Source: Rhizodiscina lignyota
Lineage: Eukaryota
Assembly (NCBI GenBank): GCA_010015805.1
Contig: ML978125.1
Location: 1,922,001 to 1,986,000 of the forward strand
Direction: 5' to 3'
Length of the DNA: 64,000 bases
Part shown: positions 23,559 through 36,200 of the stretch, piece after piece
How positions within the stretch are numbered: the first letter of the stretch is position 1
Layout: every line of letters begins with the position of its first letter
The notes under the pieces: model-generated
What the model was told of the DNA's origin: nothing
Database searches by the model: none
What the model saw: the letters and a program-made list of their open reading frames with translations, nothing else
Program-made: the position numbers and the translations under genes

Positions 23559-24525
23559 ATGGCGACAGAGCAGAAGCCCTGGGCCGATGGTCCTCTTCCA
23601 TTGCTGGACACAACGTCCTGGAAGTCCACTGACGCGGTATGTTCAATTCCTTCATGATGTCCTTCATGAAATTCTAGTCTTGAACGCGACAATGCCGCAA
23701 TATTGCAAATCACTGATATTCTCCAAGAAAGAGCATATGTCCATCCAAATGGGCCTCGAGATGGTCGCGGCGCACAATGGCATGATCCGCGGCATGAACG
23801 CCATCTGTCTACAAGGCCCTAATATCCACGACCCCCAAGACGTAGCCGACTTCCTCTTCTTCTGCCAGATGTGGTGCGTCAGCCTCGAACACCACCATGA
23901 CTCCGAGGAAAAGTTCCTGTTCCCGGACTTGACAGCGTACACTGGCAAGCCGGATCTCATGAGCGAGAACATTGAGCAACACAAGACCTTCCACGACGGC
24001 TTGGACGCGTTTCAGAACTATGCCAGCGAGACAGCTCCAGAGCAGTACCGCTGGGAGGACATGAAGAAGATCATCGACGCATTCGTGCCGTCGCTGTACG
24101 CGCATCTAGAGGCCGAGGTGCCCACTCTGCTCGCGCTTCGCGACTACGATAACGCCGAGCTGAAGAAAATTTGGAAGAGGACAGAGGATTATGCAAAGGA
24201 CAACAAGGACCCGAGGATGAAGGTTCGTCCTGCTTCTGCGCTGGAGACTCTCCACTGCGGTCCTACGACTACCCAGTCTTATGTACTATACGCGTCGAGA
24301 GGAATGGGCTGTGCTGACCACTGTATGACATGACAGGACATTATTTGCTTCGCAATTGGCAACATTGACCGCACACATGAAGACGGATTGCACAAGAACT
24401 TCCCACCCTTCCCATTTTTCGTTCCGTACGTGGCGCACTACTTGTGGGGCAGGAAGCACAGCGGTTCGTGGAGATTGTCGCCATGCGACGCGTGGGGTCA
24501 GCCAAGATCGATGCCATTTGCCTAG
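23559..24525 (+). CDS. Hemerythrin/HHE cation-binding domain protein; exons 23559..23636, 23728..24222, 24337..24525
   Basis: KPWADGP N-terminus, M..AHN..IRG.NAI, HHHDSEE, EQHKTFH, HLEAEV and a C-terminal W-x-x-x-PCD motif. Confidence 0.85.
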
Positions 24526-25801
24526 GCGAAGCAGAGAGGCTTGAAGAAGTAGCAAATAGACGTTGAAAAGGGGAAGCACATTGTAACGCTGACATAAGCG
24601 CGATACGAGATCTAGATCTGCGAATACTCATTCAGGGAATTGCTGAAAAACAGTGGCGTTTTGGAAGATCCGGGTGCTGGAATAGTCCAATGGTTATCAA
24701 ATGCGTGTAGAACTTATTGTAATAATGACAAGGAATCTAGAACAGTTGAGGGAATTTTTTGTCATTGATCTCAATCTACATAGTGCTAGGCCTGTGTTAC
24801 CCAGCAAGAACAACGCAGACGAACCAACATGCCTTCAAAAAAGGTATTTTCTTCTTCTTTTTTTTCTTTTGAGTTTTCTTTCTACCAAGACAATTCCCAA
24901 GCCGCAGTTCCAGTTAACGTAGTCGAGGAAACCGTAGTCACAAAAGGTCCCCTCATGGTGCGAACTTAGCAGAATACACCCTTGGACTGATCTAGTCTGC
25001 TTTCCCATACCAGTTTCAGCATAAAGTATCCCTCGAAAGAATCTTCGCAAGCTTCGAGGCGTCTACCGTTAAAGGAGAAGCGGTGATCAACAGTTGGAAA
25101 GATCTCAAGGTGGACGGCTTGAGATAGAGTGTGGAAGATTCGGAAGAGGAGATGGGGTGATAGTGACAGCGGCGTATCATTCGTAGACTGTCTCAAGCGC
25201 CTGGTGACACCGGAGACAATTTCGAAGGTAGTAGTTGTGCAAGCCAGCTCGAGTCGTCGTAATTCAGTAATTTGAGAGCGTAGAGGGTGTCAATACGACC
25301 GATAATCGTATCAGGGGGAATTGGTTGATTATCCATATTCATAGTGTGTTGAGGGAAGGTGTTCTTGTCGAGAGATCTTCGTCAAAGCGTGACGACCAGG
25401 ACTGTGTGACCGGCACAGCGGGAGGGAAACTATGAGTACAATGCTGCAGTGGCTCCAAAGAGGTGAGAAATCCATGTCTTCGTCAGGGTCCAGTCAAAAG
25501 TGGATCATGAGGTCGCTGGACTACTCCATCATCGAATGCAGAGCCCAAATGGAGAAAAGAAGCTGCAAATAAGAGGTATGTGCAGAAACAAAACATCGGC
25601 CGATACTAAGATGGCCATCTCATATCGTAGCCGACGCATCCGGATGAGTAAAACCCAAGCTGAACCAAGGAGTGCATATCATGCAAGACGCGCGAAAGCG
25701 CACCGTGATTGAGAAACCCCGCCGCAGTGGAAAGGTCTTTTTGTGAGAACGCCGATACTCCGAAATACCCTCTAAGTGACCCGGTGGAGAAGTGAAGTTG
25801 G

Positions 25802-27426
25802 CTATTGCTGGATAGGAGCAGGCTTTGGCTGCCTGCCTTGTCCAGCAAAACCATTCTGGCCATTTCTCTGGCCTTGAGTGTGTTGGTTGGGATCACGTGG
25901 AGGACCCCTTCGCTGCTGATACTGGCCACCACCGCGCTGACCGCGTTGTGCGAAGCCACCTCGAGAGCCGCTAAGCTGCCTAGTGATACTCGCATCCTGA
26001 TTCTGCTGCTCTTGAGAGGGATTGTTGATTGGTCTCGGGATCGTCTCTGGAGTATCGTAGACATATAGCTTCTTCTCGATGACTTGAGGAATCGGCTGAA
26101 TCTCGGTACCCAGTTCCTGCTCAATGCGATAAAGGTTGAAGCGGTCTTCCCAGTTGATGAGATTGATTGCAAGACCTAAATGGCCAAAACGACCAGAACG
26201 ACCAATGCGATGAAGATAGGTCTCGGCATTCTTCGGGAAGTCAAAGTTGATGACAACGTTGACAGCTTGGATATCAATACCGCGCGTCAACAGATCAGAA
26301 CAGACCAAGTTTCTGCACACTCCATTGCGGAAATCATGAAAGACGCGGTTTCGAGCGTGCTGCATCATGCGCGCATGAGAGTAGAAGCATGAGTAGCCCA
26401 GTTCAGTTATCTTCTTGGCGAGAAGCTCGACGCGGTTCGTCGAATTGCAGAAGATGATGGATTGGTTGATTTGAAGTTTGTTGAAGAGTGTATTCAAGCA
26501 GTGGACCTTCTGCTTCTCTTCGACAAAAGCGTAATACTGGGTAATACCACGGAGGGTAAGCTCATCCATGAGATTGATTTCGTATGGTGTCTTCATATGC
26601 TGGTCCTTGAAGCTTTTCACTGAGATAGGGAACGTAGCACTGAACAGCATGACCTGCCGATCCTTTGGATGGAATGCAAGCAGCTGCTCCACGCTTGGTG
26701 TGAACTCTGGGGAGAGGAGCTTGTCGGCCTCATCCATCACAAAGGTTTGACAACCCGATAGATCAGCCACTTGCTTGCTTGCAAGATCCAAAATCCTGCC
26801 CGGAGTTCCAACAATGATGTGTACGGTCTCGCTGAGTCGAATGATGTCGTCCTTCAAGCCAGTACCACCGGTACTGACCATGACGTTGAGTCCAAGATGC
26901 TTCCCAAGAGTCTTGCAAACCTGAGACGTCTGCAATGCCAATTCACGCGTCGGGACAAGTATGAGCGCTTGAGTTTTTGTGCTCTTGGGGTTGATGCGTT
27001 CCAGAGTGGGGATAACGTATGCGGCAGTCTTTCCAGTTCCATTCTTCGCACGCGCGAGAATATCGCGGCCAGTGAGCGCTACAGGGATCGCCTCTTCTTG
27101 AATGGGGGATGGCTTCTCAAAACCGGCTTCGAATATGCCCATCATGAGTTCGCGCTTGATATAGAAATCTTCGAACTCGAGGCCTTTTGTTCCCAAAACA
27201 TCCTAAATCAGTTAGTAAAAGATGGTCAATATCTACACGTATACCCTTTTTTCGCACATCTGTCTGTACTCGTGTGTCTTTGGAGGGTTGCTTGAGCCCC
27301 TGCTTCCAGTCGTTGCCATCTTTGGCGTTCGTGTCGCTATAACTTATTAATACGCGCAGGGTCTCGAGCGATAGGTACTCACGTCAGCTTTGATGCTGCC
27401 AACTGATTCGTGATATCTGTTGCCAT
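25802..27426 (-). CDS. DHH1: DEAD-box RNA helicase Dhh1 (DDX6); exons 27426..27383, 27336..27258, 27202..25802
   Basis: [40 protein letters not shown] and [13 protein letters not shown]-rich tail. Confidence 0.98.
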
Positions 27427-28162
27427 TGTGAACAATGCCTGTGCAAGCAGGCTATATGGGGTATGTTGTGTCGAGCCGAAGTTGAAAGATCGAGTCGATG
27501 TGGGCCTTGAGAAGGCCCGTTACGCAGTTCAGCCGTAGAAAGATGTGGGGATTGCGGGAGAAAGAGTGGTCTCTGTGCGTGCAATACCTAGGCGACCTAG
27601 GTCTTAAGAAGTTGCAGGGCGTAAGGTACGAGGAGTGAAGTTTTGTGTGTGTTGAAAGTGGCGTCTCGGTTGATTCACAGGCTTGTCGGCTGTGAAAGAA
27701 GGCTGAGTCTGCGAGTAAACGCACTTTAATAGCTTTGGCGAAGCGTTAGAGGCAGTGTGTGGGGGTGGTAGGTTGTGTGAGAGAGTGCGCGCGTTGTTGA
27801 GGGTTGTTTATTGTTGTGGGAATTGTGGGTGTGAAGTGGGAGGAGAAGGCCTGAGGTTGTTTTTGAGGTGCGCCAGCTCTGCGGCCGAGCCACCCCGAGG
27901 TCAGAGCGCCACGTCCGCAGCGCGCCAGCGGGACAAGGACTTGTGTCACCCACCATGTGTCGAAAGGGCACTTCATTCCAGGAAGACCCGTTGCTTATAT
28001 CTCTTTTTTCCTTTCTCCCGAGCGAGAGTTTTCTACGTACTCAGGTAGTCACCGCACTAGCCTGGTCTGTAATAGAAGATGATCTCTCTTATTGACGGCC
28101 TCAGAGCTTCACGTTCCATCTCTCTATTTGTTCGACTACAAACTGTACCATCGCGATGCCTC

Positions 28163-29008
28163 ATGCAATCAAGGCTTTCATCTTTTCAGAATCGTTTATA
28201 TTATAGCGTTCGGCAGCCTTGCCAATTGAGCCTGGAGCTCTTATCACATGGACGACGCAGCCGCTCGAGCTCTTTTCCAAGGTCTACGTCTAGAAACGTC
28301 ATGCTTTCGGCCAGCCGTATAGTTCTTCGAACATATACCACCGGTCAAAGCTATGGAGAATACGTGCGCCATTCCGCCTCGAATTCTCGCTTCATCTGGG
28401 GTCTCATCATTGCCAACACAATTGTGTTTGCAGGATGGGAATACTGCAAATTCGGGCAGGGAAGCGACCAGCTGAAAGCATTCATGTACAGCAATTTCGT
28501 CATCAGTGGAGATCACATCAAAGCTAACCGATACTGGACTATTGTCACATCAGCATTCTCACACATCAGTGAGGGACACTTCCTGGGCAACATGATAACC
28601 CTTTACGCATTTGGATCCCTTCTCGCTACTTTTCCTGGGATGAGAGTAGCTAACTTGGCAGTCCTGAGCTTTGGTTCTGCCGTCTCAGGCAGTCTCGGAT
28701 GGCTCTTGCATGAGAGACGAGATGAACAAGCGTACGTGCAACGCCATGCAGTGGGCGCTAGTGGCATGATTATGGGTCTTGGAGCTGCTGCAGCCTGTTT
28801 GACCCCAACGACGACGTTCTTATTATTCGGTATCGTTCCAATGCCCTTATGGATGCTAGTTGGCGGCTACTTTCTGTACGATTCTTACTACTTGGACTCA
28901 AAGGATAGCAGAGTCGGACATGCGGGCCATTTGGGTGGTCTTGCTTTCGGAGTTGCATACTACGCTCTGAGACTGAGACGTCTTGGAGGTATCTTCCGTT
29001 TACGTTGA
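28163..29008 (+). CDS. Rhomboid-family intramembrane serine protease, probably mitochondrial (PARL/Pcp1-like)
   Basis: R/S-rich presequence-like N-terminus; TSAFSH...HFLGNM, catalytic GASG and HAGHLGG. The start codon is uncertain. Confidence 0.85.
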   Translation: MQSRLSSFQNRLYYSVRQPCQLSLELLSHGRRSRSSSFPRSTSRNVMLSASRIVLRTYTTGQSYGEYVRHSASNSRFIWGLIIANTIVFAGWEYCKFGQGSDQLKAFMYSNFVISGDHIKANRYWTIVTSAFSHISEGHFLGNMITLYAFGSLLATFPGMRVANLAVLSFGSAVSGSLGWLLHERRDEQAYVQRHAVGASGMIMGLGAAAACLTPTTTFLLFGIVPMPLWMLVGGYFLYDSYYLDSKDSRVGHAGHLGGLAFGVAYYALRLRRLGGIFRLR

Positions 29009-29178
29009 GCTCAAGGATTGGTGGGGAGGGCGCCAAGGTTGGATCTATCAATGGATTTAAAGATGCGGTCTCAATTGACCTGCCGAAGGGATCTGTTTGG
29101 ATAATTCGTGGAGCGATAGCGGGTTAAATTCGAGTATAATTGTATACTGCATTCCAGAGTAGAGAATGTTATGGGAAT

Positions 29179-30248
29179 CTATTTGCCCACCATTTCCGCA
29201 AATACTTTGTCTCTCTCCCTCTTCAGGAGCTCGACCTCCTTCTCTATTCTCTTAACCTCCTTCCTAGCTGCATCTCGATCCGGTGGAAGTCCCTCGAACC
29301 CCTTAATTTGGGATTCCAACTGGTTTACCCGTTTCCTCATATCTACTACCTCATTCTCCAGTTCTACAACATCTTCCACGCCAACACTGTACTCGCTTCC
29401 CGGTAAGCTAGCACTGAGGGCATTTAGCCTCTCCTCGTACTCAGCAACCTTGGCCTTTAGCATCTTGGTATTCCGCGTCCATTCTTGTGTCTGTTGTGGA
29501 AGGGACAATGGCACGCTGAATGTGTTTGCAGTCGTGTCTTTCGATGGTTGGATGTCTCGAAGCTGCGCGCGAAGAGCAAACATTTGCGACTGTAGGTAAG
29601 AGTGAAGGTGGTTAAGTCGATGAAGTTGCTGGCTCAAAGCGTGAGACTGGGTCGTTAATTGAATGAGGGTGTGCGCAGTGCTAAAGTGCGTTAGCTCGAC
29701 ACGTTTGAGAATCAAAGTACGGAAGGGTTGTTACGATTCAGCACCAGGCCTTGGAGAGTCAATGGCCACGCTGCAAGCCGCTAGTGCATCAAGACTTTGT
29801 TGTGCGTCTGGCGAGAGATGCATTCTTAATGCCTCCAGGATAGCCGCATCGTCATCCGAACGCTCTAGATCTGCCTTGTACGAGATTAGCGCCAGTGTAT
29901 ACGATCAAATCTTTGAAATGTTGGCCATTTGACGCGTCCAACGCGTCTTGCTCTGGCTCAGACTGCTTCGTGCTTGAATTGACAACGTACCTCAACTTCA
30001 GCCAATGTCCTCTTCTCAACCGTCCACAGCACCTCTCGCTCTTCATCTGCCTTCTCATTTGCTGCAACAAGAGCTAGAAGAGCTTTCAACGTGTCTTCAT
30101 TTCGTTCAAAAAGCGGCACGCTACGACCTTGATACTTGGACGAGAGCCACGAATCGATTTGGGCCCAGTCGGCGGCTTGAGCACGCTGAGCACGAGCTTT
30201 GCTAGGCGAGAAGGAGAGGGAGAAATGGGGAGTGAGTGTCGGATCCAT
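29179..30248 (-). CDS. HAUS1-like augmin complex subunit; exons 30248..29991, 29874..29735, 29680..29179
   Basis: SPSKAR...WL..KY.GRSVP.FERNEDTLKALLAL, coiled coil, and C-terminal FEGLPPD...AR..V...RDKVF. Confidence 0.78.
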
Positions 30249-31002
30249 TGGTAAGATTCAATTACGATTTAAACAGCTGATAACAGGGCGACTCTAGATT
30301 TGCAGTGGAAGGGTGTTCCTCATAAAGTGTCCCAACAGGGCGCACGGACAGGGGGCATTTCAAACACGGCCACCATGCTTCATTTTCACGAGCATATATT
30401 ATTCAGATAGCAGACCTATTTTGCTGGCTCATTTCATTGAGATCGTCCATGTATTCCGCCTATCTTGATTGATGATTTCCTTTAAAATCGTGGGCTGAGA
30501 AATTTGGGAATTCCTTGCTGGTAATTGAACAACCTGTGAACACGCCGTACCAGAAGATGGTATCTTTTGCTACTTTTACTGAATAGACGCTTGCTAGGAT
30601 AGAGATTGAACCGTAAAAGTAAAGCTGTACAGCCATCTAATTATGCCTGTAATGTGAGGGTCGCGAAGTCAGTGCAGCTCCCATGGCAGCTCGAACGCAG
30701 TCTGGCCACATCGCACAACTGGGCGCTGCTGCATGTCTTTTGCGGGCCTTCGCCGTTACAATCTCTTGTTTTCTTCGACTTGGACCAAGTACAGTAAGGT
30801 TGTGTCACATTTGTTCTATATGTATCTTACAACGATCATATCGCCCTTCCCGTTCTTCTCACGCCGCAAAGCTCAATCCAGTGACGCTGGGCGTCATCAT
30901 ATCGTAGAAAGTAGACTTCATGAAAGACGTACCACGAGGGTATAATGCAGAATAGAGATCTTTCGCCAATGTAGCCGGTCAGAAGCACACCAAACCGCAA
31001 CT

Positions 31003-31902
31003 TCACCAAGGTAACTGGAGCGGGCCTGGCAAATCCTTCGACCCAAGCACAGCTTCTGCCGTACCAATGTCACTGGAAAAGCATCAGTAAAGAGTTTGGA
31101 CGACGTATGGAGTAAATGTATGCTTACGCTGCTCCTCGAGGAGCCCAGAATTGTCCCGTCTTATCCAGATCGAACGTCTCGATGAACTCAATCAAGCTCG
31201 TGGCCGCCACTTGTGGATATACAGCTATTTAACGTTAGCATCGCGGCTTAAACTACCAAGCTCACAATTCTTACCACCACCGGATTCCCAAAACTTGTCG
31301 TAGCCGACTCCCTTTGTCATATCGGTCCTCATGAAGCCAGGGTGCACCAGTCCCACAGCAATACCCTTCTCCTTCAAGTCTTCACTTAGCAACTTTCCCA
31401 CCATGTTCAGTGCAGCTTTGCTGGCGTGATGGCCGAAGTTGCCGCCGCCATTGGGTCCATGTCTCAATGCGATGCTTCCAGCCTCACTGCTCACGAGAAT
31501 GATCTTTGGATTCGGCCCGACACCTCTCTTGCGGAACATTCCCGCCTTAACAAGATGGTGAACCAAGAACACGGGGCCGATTGCGGACGTCTTGTACATC
31601 TGGAGCTCCTTATCAAAAGATGGCTCGTCGAACGTTTCGCTTCCGAAGTATCCGGCGGAGATGATGCAGATATCAATGCATGTGTCGCTGCTCAACCGAG
31701 AGGCAATTTTGAAGCCGGCTTCCTCATCTGCAACATCGATATTTGGGATCCAGAACACATTATCGGGAAATTCTGGATTGCCTTTAAATGGAGCAGTGTG
31801 CCGTGATGTAGCGAAAACGCGATTCCGATCTGACGAGGCGTATTGCTTTACGAGCTGGGCTCCCAGACCACGAGTCCCTCCAACTATGAGTACAGTTGGC
31901 AT
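31003..31902 (-). CDS. Short-chain dehydrogenase/reductase (CsgA/C-factor-like); exons 31902..31275, 31224..31128, 31072..31003
   Basis: GGTRGLG Rossmann motif, SSEAGS, HHASKAALN, HPGFMRTDMT, ends LPW. Confidence 0.88.
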
Positions 31903-32397
31903 GATTGATTGATGTTTTCGTGACTTTGTTGAGTAATAATCTGAAACTTTTGAAGCTTGCTGGAATTTGGCAGTCTCTCCATTTCGCTCCCGCTTTGCTT
32001 TATATGCCCAATGTCAAGCGGACGTAGTTCGGACAGGGTATAGCTCCACCCATCTCCCGCGGCTCCGGCCAAACAGACATTGTGACGTTCATGTACCAGA
32101 TCTTGTAGGTGATGGTCAGTAAGCAGCACTTAAGCAGGCATTCGTTGATCTCCGACAGTGGTCCCTTGCAATTTGTCGCGTGCTTCATGCAGGGCGCACG
32201 AAAATGCATCGTGACGTACCTGCGCGGACTTATCTCTGCCCTTTTGCGGATCGGATCGCGGCCAAAGGTTTCAGGAGGGGATTTCGACGACCAAGACCCT
32301 CCATTCGTTCGGGTATATCTCGGGCTTGGCCTTTGATATCAAAACATGAAGCAGTAACTCGGTCGATCTAACAAAACGCATCTTCAAAATTTCCAAT

Positions 32398-33138
32398 ATG
32401 GCAGATGAGGAAGGCCCCGTTATTAAGCCCGCGACAAACCCGCCTTCTGATCCGGCGAAATCGGCGGTTTTCATCTTCCTCCACGGGCTCGGGGATGATG
32501 GATACGGATGGGCAGACATCGCAGATCAATTCCAGGCTGCTCATAAACTACCGCACCTCAAATGGATCTTTCCCAGTGCGCCAGAAAACAGAGATGCGAT
32601 GGAACGCGCTTGGTTTACGCCGACGGGACTGTCGCCTGTCGCAAACTCGAGGCCTGAGCTTGATGATCCTGAAGATGAGGACGGTCTGATGAGAAGTCTA
32701 AGATCTATAGAGGCGATGATTGATGATGTCGTCGCAAAGGGCACACCAGCAGAGAGAGTCATTCTCGGCGGATTCTCGCAGGGTTGCGCTATGACTCTTC
32801 TGGTGGGCTTGATGTCGAAATGGACTGAAAAACTGGGCGGTTTAGCCGGCTTGTCTGGCTTTATACCCTTGGCAGGGAAAATTAAGCAACTGAGAGAAGA
32901 GAACAATTTACCGGGAAAGGTGGAGAAGCAAGTACCGATGTTCATTGCTCGTGGCACTAAAGATATGCTCATTCCCAAAAGATACTGGAGAATTTGTATG
33001 GAGACGCTGAAGGATATTGGCATAGACGACACTACAATCGAAAGCCACGAATATGAAGGGATGGCCCACTCCGCTTCTGGGGCAGAGCTAAGAGATCTGT
33101 GTACATGGCTGGAGAAGACTGTGCCATCAATCGAATGA
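32398..33138 (+). CDS. Acyl-protein thioesterase/phospholipase-carboxylesterase family alpha/beta hydrolase
   Basis: IFLHGLGD, GGFSQG nucleophile elbow, GTKD and YEGMAHS. Confidence 0.9.
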   Translation: MADEEGPVIKPATNPPSDPAKSAVFIFLHGLGDDGYGWADIADQFQAAHKLPHLKWIFPSAPENRDAMERAWFTPTGLSPVANSRPELDDPEDEDGLMRSLRSIEAMIDDVVAKGTPAERVILGGFSQGCAMTLLVGLMSKWTEKLGGLAGLSGFIPLAGKIKQLREENNLPGKVEKQVPMFIARGTKDMLIPKRYWRICMETLKDIGIDDTTIESHEYEGMAHSASGAELRDLCTWLEKTVPSIE

Positions 33139-33243
33139 TTATCAGCTAGAGTACAAAAGTACGACCCTTTCCGAAAGCAACTTCAAGCAATGTTCCTGCA
33201 TGGACAGAAACAAGTGTAATTACATGCTATGTGAATCAATTTC

Positions 33244-36200
33244 CTAACGGCGCTCCCTGGTGAAACCTGAAGGCAGTGGCTGTTGGCCACGTTCAGGATC
33301 GCTCATCCTAGTCAGAGTTAGTATCTCAACATGTTCCAGGTAGACAGGTACTTACTTGATGACAGTCACATCATTTCCGATATGGCTCGCGTTCATGCTC
33401 TGTGGGCTGATCAAGATGAACTGTTTGCTGACACTTTGTCTCGCTGCTTCAATCATCATCTTCATGCTAACATCACGATTGACGTTATCCATGAAGACAT
33501 CGAACTCATCGAGGCAGCGGATCGGTGAGCCCATCGCGTCCCACAACGATAGGAGGAGACAGATCGTTGAGTATGATTTCTCGCCACCGGAGAGAGTTTT
33601 TGTCTGACGGCCCTTGTCGCTCGCACGTGTGATATCGGGTTCGACCTGGATTTCCAGCAACTTCTCCTTATGGTACAATTTTAGCTGCCCCCTGAACTTT
33701 CGATTGCTGAGGAGGTACATGAACTGGTTCCGCGCCCGAACAGAGATAAATCTCCTGAACATCTGCCAGCGGTCCAGACGTTGCTTTCGCGCAAATTTCA
33801 GAGCTTTGCAGATTTTATCTGCCTCGACGAATCGAGCCGTTTCACGATCGCGATGCTCTTTCGCGTCAAGTGCCCTCCTCTTGAGCTCAACCTTGTCACC
33901 ACCAAGCTGCGTCTGAGTCTGGGTAATTTTCCTGCGGATTTCCGTTAGAGTCTGGTCAAGACTGTCGGCAGTCCGTCCAGGCTCGACCTCTACACGCTCG
34001 GAAATTAAGCTGGCTTGCCTAATGTGCTCGGCGACAACGTCTTCTTGCCGTTTCTTGTCTTGATAAACATTCTCGAGGTCCCTCTCGGCGTCTCTTACGA
34101 TGGCCAAGGCCTCGTTTTTCTTTTTGAGCGCAGTCTCTCGTCTCACTGCTGCCTTCTGTTCACGAATAGCAAGTTTCGACTGCTGAGTACTGAGATCTGA
34201 GATCTGTTTTTCAAGATCATCGAGCTTGCTTTTCTGCGCCCTGGATTCGGCATTGATGCGATTTAGATCCTCAAAGGCGCCTTGGAATTGTACTTCGGTA
34301 TTGCGCTCTTCCTCTTCTGCGCTCCGTAGTTGACCCTCTAGTAAAAGCAGCTGGTCTGGCTGGGCAGTCTCCGCCTCGATCTCGTCATGTAACGCATTTG
34401 CTCTATCCCGTGCTTGCTGGCTCTGCAGTTTTATCCTTTTATGGTCGCGGTCGTGGCGGAAAATAGCCTGTGAGGCTTCCTTGATAGCCTTCTCGAGCTC
34501 GCGGAGTTGATCTTGCGTCTCTTTGTACTCTCGGTTTAGTATTTGCAAGTGCTCCTGCTCCTCTCTAAGAAATAAAATGAGCGCAGGTCAGAGGAACGGA
34601 AGGAGTATATGGTACCTCAATTGGTAATCACTGTTAGTGTTCATTCGCGTGAGGCCTCCTCCCCAAGACGGCATTGGAGAGAACGACTCTCCTCCACCCG
34701 AGCCCGGTTGAAGTCGGAATCCAGCCCCGCGCCTCGTCTCATGCATACAAAGTGTTGCCCTCACGCTGCGTGGCCTTGGCCCATTCTTCGGAAACATGAA
34801 TTCGTTTGCTTCGTCACGATTTCGCACCAAGGCAATTTGCTCGGCAGCTTGATTGATAATGGCCGCATTCCGGGCAAGCTCGTTATCAAACTAGAAGAGT
34901 CAGCATTAGCTAATTGAAGATGGGGTTTCCTTTCTCACCTCGAGGATTCTCAGGACAGTCACTACATCTGAATCCGGCTCATTCGTAGTTGTATTGATCG
35001 GCATCTTGTCTATTAATAGAGACATTTGTTCCCTGTGCGAATGAGCTATTATTTGGAACACATGTTTTGGATCCTTACCAGCGAGCCTGTTTCATGAGTT
35101 GGCTCAGAATTCTTTGGTCGTCTTTATTCGTGCAGAGGAACGCATTGTAGTTCCCACCAAAGAGTCGCTCAACAATTGATGTCCACTCAGGTTTGAGAAT
35201 CCGGACGAAGTGTCCCATTGGACCAACAGGTTTATCTTTAAATCGATGTTGCTCCCTCTGGATGAGGTCTAGAAGCTTCTGCAGGTTGTCCGGAGAGGGA
35301 TAAGCCTTGATCCACTTACCGCGACTGGATTCGAGCCGCTCGATGTTTGCTTTGCATTTCTCAAGCTCGTCGCGCTTGCTTTTACCTCTTGGCTTGGCTT
35401 CGTTGACTGCATTATCTGCCGCTTTCTTTGCAAGCTCAAGTTCACGGAAACCTTTACTGCTTTCTTGAAGTTCGTTCTCAAGCTGGGTAGCTTTCTCTTT
35501 GGCTGTTGAGAGTTCGTCCACTTTCTCGGCATGCTGCCCACCGTTCGCATCAGCAATGCGACGTTCTTCGGTGGCGATTTCCATTTGGAGTTTCTCTCTC
35601 CTCTTTTTGGCAGCAGAGAGATCGCCCCCTATATCTCGATGCTGCTGAAGTGTTTCCGCCACCTCTTTCCTGATTCGAGCAAACTCCTCTTGAGCATGAC
35701 TCTGTTCCTCCTTGATGGGTTCTGCCTTGCTCTCGCACTCCTGAACCTCTACATGCGCTTGCTCAGCTGCTGCATTTGCCACATCGTAGTCCTTGCTCTT
35801 ATCGTCAGCATCGGCCTTTTTGCCTTCAATCTTGGTTTGTATTTCACGAATTTCATCGTCGGCTCTGGCAAGTTTCTTTTCTTCATGTTCAACTTGGCAC
35901 CATGCCATCTGCCGCTCATATTTGTAGTATTGATCTTTTAGGCCGTCGGTTGCCTTCAGTTTGTCAACATTGTCTTTCGCTTTGCGGAATAAGGATCTTG
36001 CGTATTTCTTATTTTCCTCAAGTGTGTCCAATTTCAGCTCGAGGTTGTTCAGCGTGTCAGACATGATCTGATAGTCGTTGTCGAGAGTCTCCAGTTGCGT
36101 GCCCTTGAAGAAGAACTTATACTTCTCCTTTGGGCCAGAGTTGTTCAAGAACTCGCGCGCTTGGTCCTGGGTGAGGCACATCATTGGGTTGTCCAATTGA

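Noticed and set aside
23637..23727. Possible C/D snoRNA in hemerythrin intron 1 (ATGATG...CTGA)
   Set aside because: The C box is imperfect, the CTGA doubles as the branch site, and I see no terminal stem or guide.
25770..25804. Stop-codon readthrough of DHH1 (CAA TAG CCA)
   Set aside because: The 3' context is not a known leaky motif, and the extension is only 9 codons with no targeting signal.
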